A stretch of 56,729 nt of DNA from Clostridia bacterium. GTDB taxonomy: Bacteria; Bacillota; Clostridia; Christensenellales; UBA1242. Position 1 is the first letter of the stretch. The number at the start of each line of letters is the position of its first letter. A program made the translations under genes and the position numbers. Where the stretch lies: positions 1 through 56,729 of the forward strand of contig JAFQFI010000016.1 in the NCBI GenBank assembly GCA_017398655.1, written 5' to 3'. Shown piece by piece: positions 11,608 to 20,424 of this stretch. The notes under the pieces are model-generated. The model ran no database searches and was not told the DNA's origin. It saw nothing but the letters and a program-made list of their open reading frames with translations.

Positions 11608-12480
11608 ATGGAAACTTTAGAAGAATATAAGCAAATTGAAAGAAGCATTATAAAAAGGTTTAGAAAAGAAATTTTTGGACCTTTTGTTAGAGCTATAAAA
11701 AAATATGAAATGATTGAACCCAACGATAAAATTGCTGTGTGTATTTCTGGTGGAAAAGATTCTATGTTGCTTGCAAAATGTATGCAAGAGATATTAAGGC
11801 ATGGAAAGATGCCTTTTGAACTTGTCTTTTTAGTAATGAACCCGGGATACAATAAAGAAAATCACGAAAAGATATTGCAAAATGCAGAAAAATTGAATAT
11901 ACCAATAACAATTTTTGAAACACAAATTTTTGATGCTGTAAAAGAAATTAAAGATTCTCCTTGCTACTTATGTGCAAGAATGCGTAGAGGGTATTTATAT
12001 TCAAAAGCAAAAGAATTGGGTTGCAACAAAATTGCTCTTGGTCATCATTTTGATGATGTTATAGAAACCATTTTAATGAGCATATTGTATGGTGCAGAAA
12101 TGAAAACAATGATGCCTAAAGTTATAAGTCAAAATTTTGAAAATATGGAACTTATTAGACCCCTTTATTTTGTTAAAGAAGAGCACATTATAAAATGGGC
12201 AAAATATAATAATTTAGATTTTATAAGATGTGCTTGTAGATTTACAGAAAACTTAGAAAACGACGATATGGCTTCAAAACGCTTAGAAATGAAAAAACTT
12301 ATTAACGAACTTAGAAAAGTTTATGAAAATGTAGATATCAACATAATGCAAAGTGCCCACAATGTAAACTTAGATACTTTAATAGGTTATAAAAAAGACG
12401 GCGTTGAGTATGATTTTTTAGATTTGTACAACAAAAGAAAACAAGAAAAAATAAAAAAAGATAAAAAAGAGGATAAATAA
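11608..12480 (+). CDS. ttcA: TtcA-family tRNA thiolation PP-loop protein
   Basis: SGGKDS PP-loop, PCYLCARMRRG, ALGHHFDD, IRPL. Confidence 0.85.
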   Translation: METLEEYKQIERSIIKRFRKEIFGPFVRAIKKYEMIEPNDKIAVCISGGKDSMLLAKCMQEILRHGKMPFELVFLVMNPGYNKENHEKILQNAEKLNIPITIFETQIFDAVKEIKDSPCYLCARMRRGYLYSKAKELGCNKIALGHHFDDVIETILMSILYGAEMKTMMPKVISQNFENMELIRPLYFVKEEHIIKWAKYNNLDFIRCACRFTENLENDDMASKRLEMKKLINELRKVYENVDINIMQSAHNVNLDTLIGYKKDGVEYDFLDLYNKRKQEKIKKDKKEDK

Positions 12481-12482
12481 AA

Positions 12483-13460
12483 ATGAGTACAAGACCTTTT
12501 AATATTTTTGAATTTGGTGCAAGCAGTGGCAATGATGCAGAGTATGTAGTAAAGTTAATAAATTCTAAAACCAGCAATTTTCATTATACTGGTGTAGAGC
12601 ACCCAGATTCTTTTCCAAATAGTAAAATAGAAATTCCACAAAGATTATTAGCTCAAGGTATTTCTGAAAGCAAATTTGAAATAAAACCACAACTATTTGA
12701 AGAGTTTACACCATTACAACAAAAAGCAGATTTAATAGTTGCTTCAAGATGTTTATCATTTTGCGAAAGTGGCAAATTTGAAACCTTTATGTCAAATATT
12801 GCAAAATCGGTAAATGACGGGGGTGTATTTTTAGGTGATATTTATTTAAGTGCTATGGGGCACTCTTTTACAGATTATACAATTGATAGAGTCACATCTT
12901 TGTTTGATGGAACAGCTAAAATTGCAACACCAGAAAAAGAAATTCCTATTTTTGATGGATTTAATGTTAAAATTCAATTAACTTCAAACCAACAAATGAT
13001 TCATTTTGTAGCACAAAAAACTGGTTGCGAAGGTGTGGATTTTAGCACAGCTACATTAATAGACAAATCAAACCCTAATGTTATTGCAAGTCAAATTGCA
13101 TATGGAGATATATCTAAAAGCGAAAGAGCAAGAGCCGACAGGGGGGACTGGAATAAATACATTGATTTATATAAAGGTGTTAATTTGGGCCGACCACTTA
13201 TTACAAGTTATTTTGAAAGTGAAGAGGGGCTATCTTTTTTAGACAATCAAATAAAAGCAATACAAGGCGAAGAAACAGCAGATTTTATCACTGAAGTAAA
13301 AACCGAACAAACAGCCGAAACAGGAGAAACAGAAGGATTATCTCCAGAAGCAATGAGGGACTTAGAGGTTTTTAAAAAGTGTGAGGAATATAAAACACCT
13401 GAAGCCCACGAACAAGATAATGCTCCTGTTTTAACAATTACAAATACAGATATAGAATAG
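12483..13460 (+). CDS. Orphan protein with N-terminal class I SAM-methyltransferase-like domain and acidic tail
   Basis: IFEFGASSGND (motif I), GVE, DLIVASRCLSFC, VNDGGVFLG; AGAGGA RBS. Confidence 0.6.
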   Translation: MSTRPFNIFEFGASSGNDAEYVVKLINSKTSNFHYTGVEHPDSFPNSKIEIPQRLLAQGISESKFEIKPQLFEEFTPLQQKADLIVASRCLSFCESGKFETFMSNIAKSVNDGGVFLGDIYLSAMGHSFTDYTIDRVTSLFDGTAKIATPEKEIPIFDGFNVKIQLTSNQQMIHFVAQKTGCEGVDFSTATLIDKSNPNVIASQIAYGDISKSERARADRGDWNKYIDLYKGVNLGRPLITSYFESEEGLSFLDNQIKAIQGEETADFITEVKTEQTAETGETEGLSPEAMRDLEVFKKCEEYKTPEAHEQDNAPVLTITNTDIE

Positions 13461-13468
13461 ACAATAAA

Positions 13469-13516
13469 AAAACATATCAACATTTTCTAAACTTTTGTTG
13501 ATATGTTTTATTTTTT
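13469..13516. terminator. Bidirectional terminator
   Basis: AAAACATATCAACA / TGTTGATATGTTTT. Confidence 0.75.
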
Positions 13517-13527
13517 TAATTAATAAA

Positions 13528-14115
13528 TTAGTTAAGTTGTTTTACAACACAAGCACAAAGGTCATCAATTAACAACTTTGCATCTTCACTTTCATAGTCA
13601 TAATCGCCGTCAACTTCTTCTGTTAAAGTACCAATTACACCATTATAAGCAAAACCAATGGAAATATCATCAATTTTAAATAATGTACCTTCTTCTTCAC
13701 CCTTTTCACAAATGTGAGTAAATAATGCCATAATAACTTCTTTAGATTTATAAAGCATTTCTGTAATTGTGTCTGCGTCTTCTTCTGTTAAGAAAGGTGC
13801 ATAGTTATCTAAGAAGGTCCAAGGCATTACCATCCAGAAGTTCGCTTTCATTGTAATGATAATTGCTTTAATGAAAGTTTTTAAACTTGCTCTAAAGGTT
13901 GTGACTTTAAATCCGTTGGCAAAGAATTTAATCATACGATTAAGATAAAAGATGATACTGTTAAAAACCATTTCATCTTTACTTGAAAAATATTCATAAA
14001 TTGTGCTTTTGCCCATACCACATCTTTTAGCAACTTCTGATAAAGTTATTGATTTGTAGTCCACACGGTCGTTAAGCATTCCAAGAACTTCTTCGTAAAT
14101 TAATTCTTTTTTCAT
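13528..14115 (-). CDS. TetR/AcrR-family transcriptional regulator
   Basis: ITLSEVAKRCGMGKSTIYEYFSSKDEM helix-turn-helix; AAGGAG RBS. Confidence 0.9.
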   Translation of the reverse strand: MKKELIYEEVLGMLNDRVDYKSITLSEVAKRCGMGKSTIYEYFSSKDEMVFNSIIFYLNRMIKFFANGFKVTTFRASLKTFIKAIIITMKANFWMVMPWTFLDNYAPFLTEEDADTITEMLYKSKEVIMALFTHICEKGEEEGTLFKIDDISIGFAYNGVIGTLTEEVDGDYDYESEDAKLLIDDLCACVVKQLN

Positions 14116-14290
14116 TATAAACTCCTTAATTACATAAAATTATATATAAAAAAAATATATTTGTAAAACAAAAAACTCAAAATCTGTGAAAAATAAAGGA
14201 TTTTATAAAAAATTATTCTAAAAAAAGTAGATAATTATTTTAAAAAAATATATAATAAAAGTATCAATTTATAGAAGGATATTGTGTATT

Positions 14291-15700
14291 ATGAGAAAAA
14301 CAAAAATGGTTTGTACAATTGGACCATCGACCGATGGGTACAATAATATTGTTAAACTTTTAAAAAACGGTATGAATGTTGCAAGGTTAAATATGAGCCA
14401 TGGCAATTTAGAAAGTCACCAAAAAACTTTAGACGCTGTTAAGCAAGCAAGAAAAGATTTAGGTGTGCCTTGTGCAATAATGGTTGATACTTGTGGTCCT
14501 GAGTTAAGAATAGGAACTTTTGCCGACCATCAAGTCACATTAACAAAAGGGCAATTATTTGTATTTTCTACAACAGAAGTAGTAGGTACAGCAAATGAAG
14601 TTTACTGTGGCTATCCTGCGCTACTTGATAGATTAAAGCCAAAACAAAAACTATATGCAAATAATGGTTTGTTAGAGTTTACAATTCAAAGAGTAGAAAA
14701 TGGCAAGATTGTTTGTAAGGTTGATGTTGGTGGAGATCTTAGCAACCACAAGAGTATTTCTATACCAAGAATTAGATTGCCTCTTCCTTTTATTAGTGAA
14801 AAAGATGAAAAGAATATTGAGTTTGCTGCAAAAAATGATGTTGAGTTTATATCAGCTTCATTTGTAAGTACTCCAGAAGATGTTAAAGAAATGAGAGAGT
14901 GCATTAAAAAATATGGTGGCAGACAAGAAATCATTTCTAAAATAGAAAGTGCTGAAGGTATTGCTAACCTTGAAAAAATTATTGATGTTAGTGATGGAAT
15001 TATGGTTGCTCGTGGCGATATGGGTACAGAAATTCCTATTGAACAAATTCCAGCAGTTCAAAAGAATATGATTGATAGAGTAATTCAAAAAGGCAAAAGA
15101 GTTATTGTTGCTACAGAAATGCTTGAATCTATGATTTATAAAAGAAGACCAACAAGGGCAGAAACTACTGATGTTGCTCAAGCTATTTATGACGGAACAA
15201 CAGCAACAATGTTGTCTGGAGAAACTGCATCTGGTCAATTCCCATTTGAAGCAGCTTCAACAATGGCAAAAATCATAACAGCAACAGAAAAGGTTATTGC
15301 TTATGATAAAGAAAAACCTACAATGAAGCACGAACATAAAAACTTAGATGCAATTTCATATTCTGCATGTGCTGCAGCAAAATCACTTAATGCAAAAGCT
15401 ATTGTTTGCTTTACAGACAAAGGCAAAACAGCAAAAATGATTTCAAGATTTAATCCTAAAGCAACAATTGTTGCAATTACTCACAACGAATTTGTTTATA
15501 ATGATTTAGGTCTTGCTTGGGGTGTTTGCCCAGTTATGACAAACGAATTAAATTCTTTAGAAGAAATGCTTGAAACAGCAGAAAAAGTTGTAAAAGATTT
15601 AAAACTTGCAAAAGCAGGAGATACAATTGTTGTTACTCTTGGCGTCCCTGCAAGTGAAAAAGGTACAACAAATGCAATAAAAATTACACAAATATCTTAA
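14291..15700 (+). CDS. pyk: Pyruvate kinase (no C-terminal PEP-utiliser domain)
   Basis: RKTKMVCTIGP, ARLNMSHG, KIES, MVARGDMG, PTRAE, MLSGETA; start at ATG 14291 or TTG 14282. Confidence 0.95.
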   Translation: MRKTKMVCTIGPSTDGYNNIVKLLKNGMNVARLNMSHGNLESHQKTLDAVKQARKDLGVPCAIMVDTCGPELRIGTFADHQVTLTKGQLFVFSTTEVVGTANEVYCGYPALLDRLKPKQKLYANNGLLEFTIQRVENGKIVCKVDVGGDLSNHKSISIPRIRLPLPFISEKDEKNIEFAAKNDVEFISASFVSTPEDVKEMRECIKKYGGRQEIISKIESAEGIANLEKIIDVSDGIMVARGDMGTEIPIEQIPAVQKNMIDRVIQKGKRVIVATEMLESMIYKRRPTRAETTDVAQAIYDGTTATMLSGETASGQFPFEAASTMAKIITATEKVIAYDKEKPTMKHEHKNLDAISYSACAAAKSLNAKAIVCFTDKGKTAKMISRFNPKATIVAITHNEFVYNDLGLAWGVCPVMTNELNSLEEMLETAEKVVKDLKLAKAGDTIVVTLGVPASEKGTTNAIKITQIS

Positions 15701-15706
15701 AAATAA

Positions 15707-15739
15707 AAAAGCCATATTTTTATGGCTTTTATTTTTTTT
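15707..15739 (+). terminator. Terminator after pyk
   Basis: AAAAGCCATA / TATGGCTTTT plus T-run. Confidence 0.7.
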
Positions 15740-15832
15740 ATAAACCGTTATTTATTTGCAAAAAAAGTGAAAGTGTTTTTACACCTTCGCTTTTTATTTT
15801 AAATTAATTTACGCATTTTTAATATATAAAAA

Positions 15833-16330
15833 TTATTTATTATCTGCAATTAAAGCAAAAACTCCAGATAAAGCGTATCCAATTGGAATAACTAAATATT
15901 CAGATAAATTAACAAAATCAATTTTTGTTATAGTTCCTGCAATTTCTACAGAATGATTGTTCATAAATAACAAAGAGAAAACAACAAATAAAATTGATAG
16001 TAAAAACATAAATAAACCAATTATCTTTTTTAGCCCAGTATTTTTTGCTTTTTTACCTTTAAACAAATCAACAAGAGATAAAAGTATTATTGCTGCTGTA
16101 AATGCAATTAAAAAACCTGCAATAATAGCACAAACAATTTTTAGAGTTGGACTATAATTTAATAAAGCAACAGATGTTTTGTTTGCTTCTGTAAATAAAC
16201 TAAATTTTGTATTATACCAAATAGTTGTGTCACCAATAGTTTTTGTTACATCAAAAATAGGTAAAAAGCAAATTACGCTTGCTGTCACACCCAAAGCAAT
16301 AGAACAAAGATTACATATTAATTTTTTCAT
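15833..16330 (-). CDS. Hypothetical 4-TM membrane protein
   Basis: Four hydrophobic segments; upstream TTGACA-17-TAAAAT promoter and AAGGG RBS on minus strand. Confidence 0.7.
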   Translation of the reverse strand: MKKLICNLCSIALGVTASVICFLPIFDVTKTIGDTTIWYNTKFSLFTEANKTSVALLNYSPTLKIVCAIIAGFLIAFTAAIILLSLVDLFKGKKAKNTGLKKIIGLFMFLLSILFVVFSLLFMNNHSVEIAGTITKIDFVNLSEYLVIPIGYALSGVFALIADNK

Positions 16331-16540
16331 AATTTTATACCCTTAAAAATTTTTCTTGCTTCTATTTTACTAATAAAACAAAATTATGTCAAAAAAAATT
16401 AAAAAATCTGCAAGTTATGCACTTTTTTATATTAAATGTGTATAAATTAAAAAACATATTATTTTATAAACCATTAAAATTTGACAAAAATTTTTTACTA
16501 TCATAAAATTATTTTGTTAATTTAATTTAGGAGAGATAAA

Positions 16541-17368
16541 ATGAATTGGTCTTCACTAATAGTATTTTTTGTTCTTGGAGTACTTGGATTATGGGTTGCC
16601 TATAGTTTTTTAAACAGAAAAGGTTTATATATCTTTTCTCTTTTAGCAATTGTTTGTTCTGCAATTATTTATCCGGCAGAAATGTTTTCTCAACCAATTG
16701 TTATGGGTACTGTTTTATTACCACTTGCATATTTGGCAATTCTTACTTGTTACAATAAATACGGAAAACAAGAAGCAATAAAACTTTTTGTTTCTGCTGT
16801 TATTGTGCAAGTAACCTTGTTTGTAGTTTATTTTTTACAAAACGCATATTTAGATGTTTCTTTTAAAACTCAAGTTTATTTAACTTGGGAAGGTTTGGGT
16901 TCAAGAATATTTAGCATTGTGGGTTTTGTTGTTGCTTGTGTTGTTTCAATTTTCTTTATGGAAAAAGTTGAACTTAAAACAGATAATCAAGCTGTAAAAA
17001 ATGCAGTATATCTTGCAATTGCTTCTGCAATAGATACAGTTATTTTTGTTTTATTTACTTACATTGGCTTACTATCTTTTGGCTCTATCTTACTTGTTTT
17101 ATTAATAAGAATAATACTTCAAACTTTAATTTGTGCAGGTCTTGGATATTTTGAAAAATTTTTAAATAGACAATTTGCTGTTAAAGTTGTTGACAATACA
17201 AAAGCAAAAACAGAAGAGAATAAAGAAGAAAACAAAACAGAAACTAAAACAGAAACTAAAACAAAAGATAAAGAAGAAGTTAAAGAAGAAAAATTAGAAA
17301 ACCCTGTAAAGCAAGAAACAAAAAAAGCAAAAGAAAATAATAAAAGTGAACATGAAGAAAAAGAATAA
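16541..17368 (+). CDS. VUT/YhhQ-like (queuosine precursor transporter family) membrane protein with charged tail
   Basis: KYGKQEAIKL and IASAIDTVIFVLFTYIG resemble YhhQ motifs; TTGACA-17-TAAAAT promoter, AGGAG RBS. Confidence 0.6.
   Translation: MNWSSLIVFFVLGVLGLWVAYSFLNRKGLYIFSLLAIVCSAIIYPAEMFSQPIVMGTVLLPLAYLAILTCYNKYGKQEAIKLFVSAVIVQVTLFVVYFLQNAYLDVSFKTQVYLTWEGLGSRIFSIVGFVVACVVSIFFMEKVELKTDNQAVKNAVYLAIASAIDTVIFVLFTYIGLLSFGSILLVLLIRIILQTLICAGLGYFEKFLNRQFAVKVVDNTKAKTEENKEENKTETKTETKTKDKEEVKEEKLENPVKQETKKAKENNKSEHEEKE
17234..17263 (+). repeat. In-frame 12-bp tandem repeat (2.5 copies)
   Basis: AAAACAGAAACT x2 + AAAACA encoding KTETKTETKT. Confidence 0.85.
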
Positions 17369-17468
17369 ACTATCTTTTAAAAAATTTTTCACTTGACAAT
17401 AAAAAAATAAATTGTATTATTAAATAGAAAAATTTAGGTAAAGTATTAAAGAACTTTGCCTAAAATAT

Positions 17469-17544
17469 GGGCAATTAACTCAGTTGGTAGAGTGTCACTT
17501 TGACGTAGTGAAAGTCAGCAGTTCGAGTCTGTTATTGCCCACCA
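17469..17544 (+). tRNA. tRNA-Val(GAC)
   Basis: GGGCAAT/ATTGCCC acceptor stem, TCACT-TTGACGT-AGTGA anticodon arm, GTTCGAGT T-loop, encoded CCA. Confidence 0.95.
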
Positions 17545-17549
17545 AATAA

Positions 17550-17587
17550 AAAACCTAAACTTTAATCAGTTTAGGTTTTATTTTTTA
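17550..17587. terminator. Bidirectional terminator shared by tRNA-Val and the convergent operon
   Basis: AAAACCTAAACT / AGTTTAGGTTTT. Confidence 0.8.
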
Positions 17588-17615
17588 TTAAAAAATTTTA
17601 TAATACAATTTTTAA

Positions 17616-18575
17616 CTATTTAATTTTATTTATACTTTTTAAATATTCTTTTGTTTTTAAAACAATTTGTTCTATTGTCATATCTGTTACAGTAAAGCCA
17701 GCTTCTTTTTTGTGTCCACCACCACCAAAGTTGAAAGCAATTTTATCTGCTATTTCGCATTTATTGCTCATAGTTTTTGTAGTTATTATATTGCCATTTT
17801 TAATAAAAAGTAAGAAAATGTCAATTTCTTCAATTTTTCTTAATTCTTCTGCAATAACTTTTACAATTGAATTGTGAGAAAGTTTAGTAAATTCTTGTTT
17901 TTGTTGGTCTACTACAACATAATGAAAACCATCAAACTTTATTTCGCCTATAAGTTTAGATAATGCTTTAAACTCATACATACTTCGTTTAGAAAATGTT
18001 TCTTTAATTATTTCCACATAATTTACACCAGAGTTAATAAGTTTTTGTGCAATTGTTAAAGTTCTGTTTGATAATCTTCTTGTAAAGCAATTTGTGTCTG
18101 CCATCATACCAGCATATAGGCAGTTGCAAATTTTTAAATTTAAATTTTCTTTTTTACCAATTAGTTTAAAAATCAATTCACATGTAGAACTTTTTCCCGG
18201 TTCTGATAAAGTATAATTGGCTTCATATTTGTTATTTTGATGATGGTCAATATTAAATTTTATTATGGCATTGTCAAAATCTTTTTCGTATTCTCCAAGA
18301 CGAGATTTTTCGTTAACATCTAAAGCAATAAAATTATACTTGTTATCGTTAACATTATTTACAATTAAAGAGTTGTCTTTAAGCCAATCAATAATACTTT
18401 CGTCTTTTTTATTTAATAAAACTTTTACATTTTTACCAAGGTTTTTTAAATATTCTGCCAAAGCAATGCAAGAGCATACTGAATCTTGGTCTGGTTTTAT
18501 ATGTCCTGCCAAATAAATAGGTAAGTTGTTTGGCAGGTTAATTAATTGTTCTCTTATGTTTTTATAATTTATCAA
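17616..18575 (-). CDS. DHH/DHHA1 phosphoesterase (NrnA-like)
   Basis: GHIKPDQDS, ALDV, NIDHHQ, GMMADTNCF, GGGGHKKEAGF; TTG start overlaps upstream TGA stop; GGGAG RBS. Confidence 0.9.
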   Translation of the reverse strand: MINYKNIREQLINLPNNLPIYLAGHIKPDQDSVCSCIALAEYLKNLGKNVKVLLNKKDESIIDWLKDNSLIVNNVNDNKYNFIALDVNEKSRLGEYEKDFDNAIIKFNIDHHQNNKYEANYTLSEPGKSSTCELIFKLIGKKENLNLKICNCLYAGMMADTNCFTRRLSNRTLTIAQKLINSGVNYVEIIKETFSKRSMYEFKALSKLIGEIKFDGFHYVVVDQQKQEFTKLSHNSIVKVIAEELRKIEEIDIFLLFIKNGNIITTKTMSNKCEIADKIAFNFGGGGHKKEAGFTVTDMTIEQIVLKTKEYLKSINKIK

Positions 18576-20401
18576 TTTTGTTCTCCCATAAAAAACACAT
18601 TACTATGGTTAATTGTTGTGCTTACATCTACATCTTTTGCCCTTGTTTTGTAAGCAGTTGTAGAAACAGTTTGTTCATCTTTTTGACTTCTTGGAACTGT
18701 ATCAAATTGAATAAAAGGATAATTTTCTTTTATAAATTCTAATTCTGCAAGACTTTGCTCTCCCTTTTTTTCTGGGTGGTTAATCCAGTCAGAACCAACA
18801 TAAATTGCGCATGTACCACCAAGGTCGCTAACTTCTTTCATTCTTTGTAAAACTTCAGGAGGAGGAAGAATATCGTCATCTGTTGCATAAGCTTGGGTTA
18901 CCTCTCTAAATGCAGCAACAGTAGGAAGACGGTCTTTTAAAGGTGAGAAAGGAGATTTGCCTTTTCTTTGAATAGAGTATTCATCAGATTTAACACCAAT
19001 AAGTTTTTCTCTTGCACTAACAGATTCTATATATTTCATATGTCCATCGTGGAACATGTCATATACACCCGGAACATATGCTACATCATATTTTGTTGGT
19101 TGTGGTGTAAGTAGAGTAAAACCATCAATATCAATAATAGGTTCTGCAAGAGGGTTTCTAACATTTTTTGGAACCTCAACTTTACCAGATGTGTCTATAA
19201 TAAAAGCCCCTGATACCCCTTTTAAACTTTCTGCCCTGTGAAGTCGGAAAGATTCTGGGAAGATAGGAGGGTGGTCAGAAACAGTTTCTGCAAAATCATC
19301 AGATAAAACACCAACATATACTTCTTTATGATTTCTAAGTAAATGTTCAATAGCAACAATGTCTTTTTCTCTTAAAACATCCATAATACCAGATAAAACA
19401 ACTACGCCTTGACGGAAACTACCTGCTGTTTCTTGGTTTAATTGTTCAAATTGTTCATAAGGCATATCAACAATAGCAGAAATTGTTGCGTTAAAAGCAT
19501 CGTGTTTTCTATAATTTGGATGGCTCATTGTTATTTTTTTATTTAAATATCTAAATACCCTACCAATATCGCCTTCTATAAGTTTTGTTTGCAATACAGA
19601 ATCTCTAAATGTTGCATCTGCAAATAGTTCTTGATGATGTTTATAAATAAAACAGTAAGAAGCAAAAGTTTGGCATGCATTGTTAAAAACTTCTGGGTAT
19701 TGTTCAAAAACTTCATGGTTTCTAATATATATAGACCTAATGTCTGCAACAACAGCAGCTTTTTCGTCATTAGTCATATTTTCTTTATTTAATTGATAGT
19801 ATGCTAAAGCATCAAAATAAGGGTACATTTTATCAGAAACAAATCTTCTTAATGCTTTTGTTTCTTCAGGAGTTTCCCTTTTTAATTCTGGGGCTTTATA
19901 AATAGGGTCATGAGTTGCTTCGTGTGCAACAAATTGGTTTTTTGTTTTTACTTGAATTTCAATAGGAATACCATTATCAATAATATGAATTCTGCAGTTT
20001 TTGTAACCATCTTCTATGCTGTATCCTTTTTCTGGTACAGGGTCAAAAGCAGTATTAATAGTTGCTGGATTAGAGTGAGGGTTTTGTTTGTGACCGAGCG
20101 TTGAAAAAAGTACTTCTGCTAATGCTATACCTTGCTCTGTATTTTCTACAATACTCATAAAGCCCAAGTAATCTTTTAAAGTATCTGGAGAAGAAGTATA
20201 ATCCTTTTTCTCGTCGGTAGATGTTATTTTTGTTACAGCAGAAATTACTGACTTTAATCTTGCCAAGGTTAAAGTAACATCACCCATATTTTCAAGTTTT
20301 GATTTGTAGTTAATAACCATGTGTTGAAAAATTTCGCTTCCTGTGTGTCTTGTAATGTTTTGTAATATTTGTTTGTGAACAGAATGTTCTATTTTAGCCA
20401 T
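18572..20401 (-). CDS. RelA/SpoT synthetase-like domain fused to two cytidylyltransferase-like (TagD-type Rossmann) domains
   Basis: Synthetase motifs ARLKSVISAVTKI, KDYLGF, DGYKNCRIH, EIQVKT, HEATHDPIYK; degenerate CT domain (VLSGIMDVL...YVGVLSDDF); intact CT domain (PGVYDMFHDGH, IGVKSDEY, VGSDW, PR...VSTT). Confidence 0.75.
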   Translation of the reverse strand: MAKIEHSVHKQILQNITRHTGSEIFQHMVINYKSKLENMGDVTLTLARLKSVISAVTKITSTDEKKDYTSSPDTLKDYLGFMSIVENTEQGIALAEVLFSTLGHKQNPHSNPATINTAFDPVPEKGYSIEDGYKNCRIHIIDNGIPIEIQVKTKNQFVAHEATHDPIYKAPELKRETPEETKALRRFVSDKMYPYFDALAYYQLNKENMTNDEKAAVVADIRSIYIRNHEVFEQYPEVFNNACQTFASYCFIYKHHQELFADATFRDSVLQTKLIEGDIGRVFRYLNKKITMSHPNYRKHDAFNATISAIVDMPYEQFEQLNQETAGSFRQGVVVLSGIMDVLREKDIVAIEHLLRNHKEVYVGVLSDDFAETVSDHPPIFPESFRLHRAESLKGVSGAFIIDTSGKVEVPKNVRNPLAEPIIDIDGFTLLTPQPTKYDVAYVPGVYDMFHDGHMKYIESVSAREKLIGVKSDEYSIQRKGKSPFSPLKDRLPTVAAFREVTQAYATDDDILPPPEVLQRMKEVSDLGGTCAIYVGSDWINHPEKKGEQSLAELEFIKENYPFIQFDTVPRSQKDEQTVSTTAYKTRAKDVDVSTTINHSNVFFMGEQN

Positions 20402-20424
20402 AATTTTTTACCCTACTTTTTTGT

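Noticed and set aside
13528-14115. TetR gene rich in ATC/TTC/AAC/CGT codons as a foreign gene
   Set aside because: The same codons occur in the gyrA 5' region and hup, so the pattern fits native translational bias; I could not quantify it by eye.
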